DNA of 44,647 nt from Bacillales bacterium UBA6331 (GTDB lineage Bacteria > Bacillota_I > Bacilli_A > RF39 > UBA660), in assembly GCA_002438065.1 (NCBI GenBank), contig DJSP01000093.1:4937-49583 (forward strand), in the 5' to 3' direction. Positions 40,130-44,647 of this stretch are shown here, one piece after another (position 1 is the first letter of the stretch; the number at the start of each line of letters is the position of its first letter). Under the pieces are notes generated by a model. The model made no database searches. It was not told the DNA's origin and saw only the letters and a program-made list of their open reading frames with translations. The translations under genes and the position numbers were made by a program.

Positions 40130-40157
40130 ACTTCCTATAATATATATTATGTTAACC
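40130..40157. other. dif: dif chromosome-dimer resolution site (XerC/XerD target)
   Basis: ACTTCCTATAA-TATATA-TTATGTTAACC compared with B. subtilis dif ACTTCCTAGAA-TATATA-TTATGTAAACT (from memory) gives 25/28 identical positions. The layout is 11-6-11. It sits in a gene-free gap between convergent genes, 1.4 kb from a Xer-type recombinase gene. Confidence 0.8.
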
Positions 40158-40567
40158 AACACATATTTTAAAAAGAAAAGAACTATTTGTTACCAATCAC
40201 TATATAATATACTTCCCTATCACTATTTTATAATTAAATCTTAATAAGTTAGTTATCAATAAACTATTTTTTTATTTATAAAATCATATTCTCTAATAAT
40301 CTATAATCTTTTTATATATATAAATTTTCGTTATATAAATTTTTTTTTATACTTATAATTAACATTTATTTTTTATTCAAATTATATTTTATACATTATA
40401 TTAATTATATGTTTTTATTTTGTATTATTACCTTATTTTCTTTTTAGGATACATAAAACTTATATTTTTTAATTTATATATAACGATCATTCAATAATGT
40501 AAATTCTCTATTTTGAGCTCCACTATTCTCCTACTATTTTTACTTTACATTTAATTTACATAATAAA

Positions 40568-41311
40568 TTACAACACAAATTCAGTTAAAACAACTACAAC
40601 TAAGCCGAGTAGAGTACCTAAAACAATATTCTTCTTGTTATACTTCTCCACTTCCTTAAATATTTCATTAAAACTAATAGAGACCATAATACCAGACACA
40701 AATAAAAGTATTAAGCTAATTAATAAATTAGATAAAAATCTATATAAAAACAAATACGCAACAACAGCTCCTATTGTTTCAGCAAAGCCACTTATTAAAG
40801 TACAGGTAAATGCCCTACTCTTTTTATTTGTTCCATAATACGTCGGAATAGCAATCGCAATACCTTCAGGTATATTATGAAGCATAATTGCAACACTAAG
40901 TTTAATACCTAAATTAATATTTATAGTAGATGATAAAAAAGTAAGAATTCCTTCCGGCATATTATGAATCATTAATCCTATCATAGATAAAATTCCTATT
41001 TTTTCCAAACTATTAGAGTTATTTTTACTAGTAAACCTATCAATAATCTTAATAATCAAATTTCCTATAACCAGCATTCCCAGTAAAACAATAGTAGCAA
41101 TAAATAAATTATATTCTTTTAACAAATAAAAGAATCCATCTGGTATTAATTCAAATAAAGAAATAAAGAACATAATAGAGCCTGAAAACGCTAAAGAAAA
41201 ACCTATAAATCCATTAATGTTCTTTGGTTTTAAATATATAAAGAAATATCCAATCGTCGTAGATATTCCTGCTAAGAAAGTAATTAAAAATGGTATATAA
41301 AAATTATTCAT
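40568..41311 (-). CDS. zupT: ZIP-family zinc transporter ZupT
   Basis: 247 aa with 8 TM helices. Paired HNMPEGI and HNIPEGIAIAIP metal-binding motifs. Confidence 0.88.
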   Translation of the reverse strand: MNNFYIPFLITFLAGISTTIGYFFIYLKPKNINGFIGFSLAFSGSIMFFISLFELIPDGFFYLLKEYNLFIATIVLLGMLVIGNLIIKIIDRFTSKNNSNSLEKIGILSMIGLMIHNMPEGILTFLSSTININLGIKLSVAIMLHNIPEGIAIAIPTYYGTNKKSRAFTCTLISGFAETIGAVVAYLFLYRFLSNLLISLILLFVSGIMVSISFNEIFKEVEKYNKKNIVLGTLLGLVVVVLTEFVL

Positions 41312-41401
41312 ATTAAACTATATGAAACAATATTAAAAAATAACCATTAATTACCATAATAAACAAAAGAAAAATTACCATACTATTACTAGGAGGTAAT
41401 T

Positions 41402-41521
41402 ATGAGTAGATATAATACAAATGCAAGATCTAATGCAAACAACAGCAAATGTCATTCAAGAGCTAGAGAAAATGCAAGAGAAAATGCAAAATCAAACGAA
41501 AATAACGCTAGATGCAAATAA
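41402..41521 (+). CDS. Possible 39-aa basic N/R/A-rich peptide (MSRYNTNARSNANNSKCHSRARENARENAKSNENNARCK)
   Basis: ORF found by hand. A perfect AGGAGG SD lies 5 nt upstream. Divergent from zupT. Confidence 0.4.
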   Translation: MSRYNTNARSNANNSKCHSRARENARENAKSNENNARCK

Positions 41522-41530
41522 TGATACAAA

Positions 41531-42394
41531 CTATCTAGGAAAGTATTCATCATAGTCCTTCTTAAGAGTTTCATTATCTAAATGAGTATATATTTGAGTA
41601 GTGGCTAGATTTTCATGACCTAGAAGTTCCTGAATTATTCGCAAATCAGCTCCATTTTTAAGTAAATGAGTTGCATAAGTATGTCTTAAGGTATGAGGAG
41701 AAACATTTTTCTTTATACCTTTTTTTTCGCATTCTTGTTTAATAATTCTGAAGATATATTGTCTTGATAACTTATTTCCTAAATTATTTAAAAATATATA
41801 TGTACTATTTTTCTTATTAATAGAAGGTCGATAATTATTTATATAATCATTTAATACATTTTTAGCAATATCTCCAAAAGGAACTATTCTCTCCTTCTTC
41901 CCCTTCCCCATTACTCTAATTAAATTTTCAGCCATATCAACATTAGCCATTTCTAAATTAATAAGTTCACTAATTCTAAGTCCTGAAGAATAAAATAGTT
42001 CAAGAATTGCCTTATTTCGAGCATCATACGGAGTTTTTATTTCAATATCTAATAAAGATGTTACTTCTTCTAAAGAAAGCACTGTAGGCAAGCTTTTATC
42101 TAGTTTTGGAGATTTAAATTTAGTCAAAGGATTATCTTTTATCTTTTCTAATCTTTCTTCATAATTATAGAAAGATTTCAAAGCACTTAAACTATGAGAA
42201 ACACTTTTAGGAGATTTACTACTAATTGCTTTTAAGTATTTTTTAACATCATCATCATTAATTTTAAGCAAATCCTTATTAACATATTCACTAAACATAG
42301 ATAATTCTAAGATATAAGAATTAACCGTATTAACACTATAATTTTTTTCATATCTTAAATAGTTTTCATATTCTTTAATATAATCATCGTTCAT
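41531..42394 (-). CDS. xerD: Tyrosine recombinase, XerC/XerD family
   Basis: N-terminal SAM-like domain (YENYLRYEKNYSVNTVNSY). Catalytic residues are in ARNKAILELFYSSGLRISE, HTLRHTYATHLL and LGHENLATTQIYTH. The start is set at ATG 42394; the track ORF extends to 42466. Assignment as XerD rather than XerC is uncertain. Confidence 0.85.
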   Translation of the reverse strand: MNDDYIKEYENYLRYEKNYSVNTVNSYILELSMFSEYVNKDLLKINDDDVKKYLKAISSKSPKSVSHSLSALKSFYNYEERLEKIKDNPLTKFKSPKLDKSLPTVLSLEEVTSLLDIEIKTPYDARNKAILELFYSSGLRISELINLEMANVDMAENLIRVMGKGKKERIVPFGDIAKNVLNDYINNYRPSINKKNSTYIFLNNLGNKLSRQYIFRIIKQECEKKGIKKNVSPHTLRHTYATHLLKNGADLRIIQELLGHENLATTQIYTHLDNETLKKDYDEYFPR

Positions 42395-42470
42395 ACCATA
42401 ACCTCTACCATAAATTATACATACATCTTTAAAAATAATCAAATTTAATATATAATATAAAGGCAAAGGA

Positions 42471-43676
42471 ATGACTGTAATGGAATTATTAGCAAATGAT
42501 ATTAGACCAATTAAATTAAATGATATATATGGGCAAAATCATCTTATAGGTGAAGGTAAAATTCTAACTAATTTAGTAAAAAATAAAAAATTATTTTCAA
42601 TGATATTTTATGGTAATCCCGGTTGTGGTAAAACAAGTATCGCAAATGCCTTAGTTAATGAATTAAATATGCCATATCGTATGTTAAACGCTGTAATTAA
42701 TAAAAAAACAGACTTTGATATCGTAATTGAAGAAGCTAAAATGAATGGCCAAATGATTCTAATAATAGATGAAATTCATAGAATGAACAAAGATAAACAA
42801 GATATTCTCCTTCCCTATTTAGAAAACGGTAAAATAATTATGATAGGTTTAACAACATCAAATCCTTATCATAGTATTAATCCAGCTATAAGATCAAGAT
42901 GTCAAATCTTTGAAGTAAAATCTCTTAAACCTGAAGATATTGTTAAAATTCTTATCAAAGCTAAAGACAATTTAGAAGGTATTCAAATTGATGACAATTG
43001 TCTAAATATTATCTCATCTTCTTCAAATGGAGACGTCAGAAGCGCTTTAAATTTACTAGAAATGGCTTATTATAGTTCAACAGATCATATCATAACTGAA
43101 GATGTTTTAAAAAGTATTAACGCTAAACCAATAATATATATTGATAAAAATGGTGATAATTACTATAACTCAATCAGTGCCTTACAAAAATCAATTAGAG
43201 GTAGTGACGTTGATGCAGCAGTATATTATTTAGGTGTATTATTAGAAGCACAAGATTTAGATATAATATTTAGAAGATTATCAGTAATTGCATATGAAGA
43301 TATTGGTCTAGCAAATCCATCTATCGGTCCAAAATTAGATGCCGCTATTAATGCTGCAACCAGAGTCGGCTTTCCTGAATGTATTATTCCATTATCCGAA
43401 ATAGTAATTGAAATGGCTTTATCTCCTAAAAGTAATAGTGCTTATCTAGCAATTGATAAAGCTTTAACTACAATTAGAACTAAAAACTGTGGAAGTGTTC
43501 CTAAACATATTCATACCAATAGTAAAGATTATTTATATCCTCATAATTATAAAAATAGTTGGGTTAAGCAACAATACTTGCCAGACAATATCAAAAATGA
43601 AAAATTCTACTATCCTAAAAATAATGCTTATGAAAATAATCTTAATAAAATAGATAGTGAAAAGAAGAAACAATAA
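42471..43676 (+). CDS. rarA: Replication-associated recombination protein A (AAA+ ATPase RarA/MgsA)
   Basis: Walker A GNPGCGKTS, Walker B IIDEIHR, and the MgsA C-terminal region ISALQKSIRGSDVDAAVYYL. Confidence 0.92.
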   Translation: MTVMELLANDIRPIKLNDIYGQNHLIGEGKILTNLVKNKKLFSMIFYGNPGCGKTSIANALVNELNMPYRMLNAVINKKTDFDIVIEEAKMNGQMILIIDEIHRMNKDKQDILLPYLENGKIIMIGLTTSNPYHSINPAIRSRCQIFEVKSLKPEDIVKILIKAKDNLEGIQIDDNCLNIISSSSNGDVRSALNLLEMAYYSSTDHIITEDVLKSINAKPIIYIDKNGDNYYNSISALQKSIRGSDVDAAVYYLGVLLEAQDLDIIFRRLSVIAYEDIGLANPSIGPKLDAAINAATRVGFPECIIPLSEIVIEMALSPKSNSAYLAIDKALTTIRTKNCGSVPKHIHTNSKDYLYPHNYKNSWVKQQYLPDNIKNEKFYYPKNNAYENNLNKIDSEKKKQ

Positions 43677-43684
43677 CCCATAAT

Positions 43685-43715
43685 AAAAATATTAGACGAT
43701 GAATCTAATATTTTT
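43685..43715. terminator. Bidirectional terminator between rarA and tcdA
   Basis: aaaaatattaga/tctaatattttt 12-bp stem with a 7-nt loop. Confidence 0.7.
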
Positions 43716-44382
43716 ATTTGGTAATATCATTAATTACATAACTTGCACATAATAATCCAGCAACACCTGGCATATAACATACCGTACCAAGCACTTTATC
43801 TTTATTCTTAGTAGGAACTTCATTAGAAGAAACAACTTTAAATTTATTTCTAATACGATTTTCTTTAACTTTTTTTCTTAATATTTTAGCAAGAGGATCC
43901 CCGCTAGTTTTGTCAAGAGTAGTAATTGATAATTTAGATGGATCAGTCTTATTTGCAGTCCCCATACTTGAAACTAATTTATATTTATTAGCATGTTTCA
44001 TAAGTAATAGCTTAACTTTAACATCATCACAAGCATCAATAACATAATCATATTTATTAACTAATAAATCGTTAAAATTATCTTCAGTTATAAACTTATA
44101 TATTATTGAAATATTCGCATTTTTATTAATACTCAAAGCTCTTTCGGCTGCTGCTTCACATTTAGATATTCCAATATTTTTATTATTGGAAATAATCTGT
44201 CTATTTAAATTAGATTCTTCAACAACATCACCATCAACAATAGTTATGTTTTTAACGCCAGATCTAACTAATGCCTCTAACGCATATCCTCCTACTCCAC
44301 CAAGCCCAACTACTAGCACCTTTGTTTTTTCAAGTTTAGTAAAGCGATCTTGTCCAAATAACGCTATTAATCTTTCAAACAT
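43714..44382 (-). CDS. tcdA: tRNA threonylcarbamoyladenosine dehydratase (ThiF-family; B. subtilis YrvM homologue)
   Basis: VLVVGLGGVGGYALEALVRSGVKNITIVDGDVVEESNLNRQ. About 220 aa, typical of TcdA/CsdL. GGAGGG SD. Confidence 0.8.
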   Translation of the reverse strand: MFERLIALFGQDRFTKLEKTKVLVVGLGGVGGYALEALVRSGVKNITIVDGDVVEESNLNRQIISNNKNIGISKCEAAAERALSINKNANISIIYKFITEDNFNDLLVNKYDYVIDACDDVKVKLLLMKHANKYKLVSSMGTANKTDPSKLSITTLDKTSGDPLAKILRKKVKENRIRNKFKVVSSNEVPTKNKDKVLGTVCYMPGVAGLLCASYVINDITK

Positions 44383-44399
44383 ATTATCCCTCCAAAATA

Positions 44400-44567
44400 A
44401 AAACCTAACTAGACATCAATTGTGATAAAATCCCGCATTCTCGCAGGTGGGCATCACATAAAGAACTTTAGGATTCTAACTCTTTGAGCTAGCATTCAAC
44501 ACCATCCTTTAATTAGATTCCCTTACATCACACATAGTCGGTTTTATGTAAATCGACATCTATTAGG
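44400..44567 (-). ncRNA. ssrS: Structured small RNA of about 165 nt, candidate 6S RNA
   Basis: GC-enriched island in AT-rich DNA.
- Terminal helix: on the minus strand the 5' arm CCUAAUAGAUGUCGAU (44567-44552) pairs with the 3' arm AUUGAUGUCUAGUUAGG (44420-44404). That is 16 bp with one bulge and three G-U pairs, and the G-U pairs work only for the minus-strand transcript.
- Internal hairpins: CCUGC-GAGAAU-GCGGG and AAAGAG/UUCUUU.
- Flanks: a U-run follows the 3' arm, and a consensus promoter lies just upstream.
- Synteny: it lies upstream of the yrvM homologue, as B. subtilis bsrA does. Confidence 0.45.
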
Positions 44568-44574
44568 TAATTTA

Positions 44575-44603
44575 ATTATATCAAATGTTTTTGTATTTAA
44601 CAA
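44575..44603 (-). promoter_or_regulatory. Sigma-A promoter of the structured RNA (TTGTTA-17-TATAAT, minus strand)
   Basis: On the minus strand, ttgtta is at 44603-44598, with a 17-nt spacer, and tataat at 44580-44575. The terminal helix begins 7 nt downstream. Confidence 0.6.
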
Positions 44604-44647
44604 TTAGATTATAAACGATTTACACTAAATTTATGATTAATTTATGA

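Noticed and set aside
40211-40238. A second functional dif site
   Set aside because: The left arm has a 1-nt insertion, the central region is not TATATA, and the right arm matches only about 7/11 positions. It is kept only as a possible degenerate scar (see the finding on the gap).
41340-41385. Canonical Zur box in the zupT control region
   Set aside because: Only a half-site-like ATTACCAT and a direct (not inverted) repeat are present. There is no palindrome matching the AAATCGTAAT-N-ATTACGATTT-type consensus.
41531-42466. The tyrosine recombinase as the integrase of a mobile island carrying the candidate BGC
   Set aside because: It has the full XerC/D domain layout and motif set and lies on the far side of dif and zupT from the island. 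No att-like direct repeats flanking 26.3-39.8 kb were seen. This cannot be fully excluded without genome comparison.
44520-44600. Purine riboswitch, because the minus strand contains ...AACCGACUAUG..., similar to the conserved 3' part of the guanine/adenine aptamer
   Set aside because: The other conserved elements are absent or wrongly spaced (UAUAAU junction followed by a P2 hairpin, and the UUUCUACC junction). The segment fits better as part of the terminal region of the structured RNA.

Overview
This is a very AT-rich bacterial chromosome segment. It uses the standard genetic code: TGA acts as a stop, Trp is TGG, and long ORFs such as the 1240-aa rpoC are intact. That fits an AT-rich Bacillota/Mycoplasmatota-type lineage (Erysipelotrichia- or Acholeplasma-like) and argues against a code-4 mycoplasma.

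- **1-26.3 kb, housekeeping, almost all on the + strand:** rpoB (3' end) and rpoC; a decayed metG; an HTH-metallophosphoesterase fusion; a CIRCE-controlled hrcA-grpE-(orf)-dnaK block followed by pepF-dnaJ; lepB-holA; an orphan 590-aa protein with a small coupled upstream ORF; rnhC (-); cvpA-trxA; a short-form alaS; lepA; mnmA.
- **26.4-38.9 kb, the part worth attention:** a tightly packed accessory island. Eleven ORFs with overlapping or nearly abutting stop/start junctions (mostly 4-26 nt overlaps) are followed by a separately promoted ABC-F gene. The ORFs encode:
  - a DUF1846::MazG-like fusion
  - a nucleoside 2-deoxyribosyltransferase-fold protein
  - a radical SAM/SPASM enzyme
  - a GT-B glycosyltransferase-like protein
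  - a DegT-type sugar aminotransferase
  - two Fem/GNAT-fold transferases
  - a short DegT-like protein
  - a class I/II aminotransferase
  - an amber-interrupted PHP phosphoesterase
  - an APH(3')-like kinase

  I read this as a candidate biosynthetic gene cluster for a ribosome-targeting amino-sugar or peptidyl-nucleoside (blasticidin/mildiomycin-like logic) antibiotic, with kinase/phosphatase and ABC-F self-resistance. This is inference and is not proven.
- **39.8-40.6 kb, probable replication terminus:** a 778-bp gene-free gap between convergent genes contains a 28-bp dif site. It matches 25/28 positions of the B. subtilis dif sequence as I recall it. Gene orientation flips after it: zupT (-), a XerC/D-type recombinase (-), rarA (+), tcdA (-).
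- **Right edge:** a structured RNA of about 165 nt with its own promoter lies upstream of tcdA. It is a candidate 6S RNA.

I saw no rRNA, tRNA, CRISPR array, transposase or prophage module. All coordinates of small motifs were indexed by hand.
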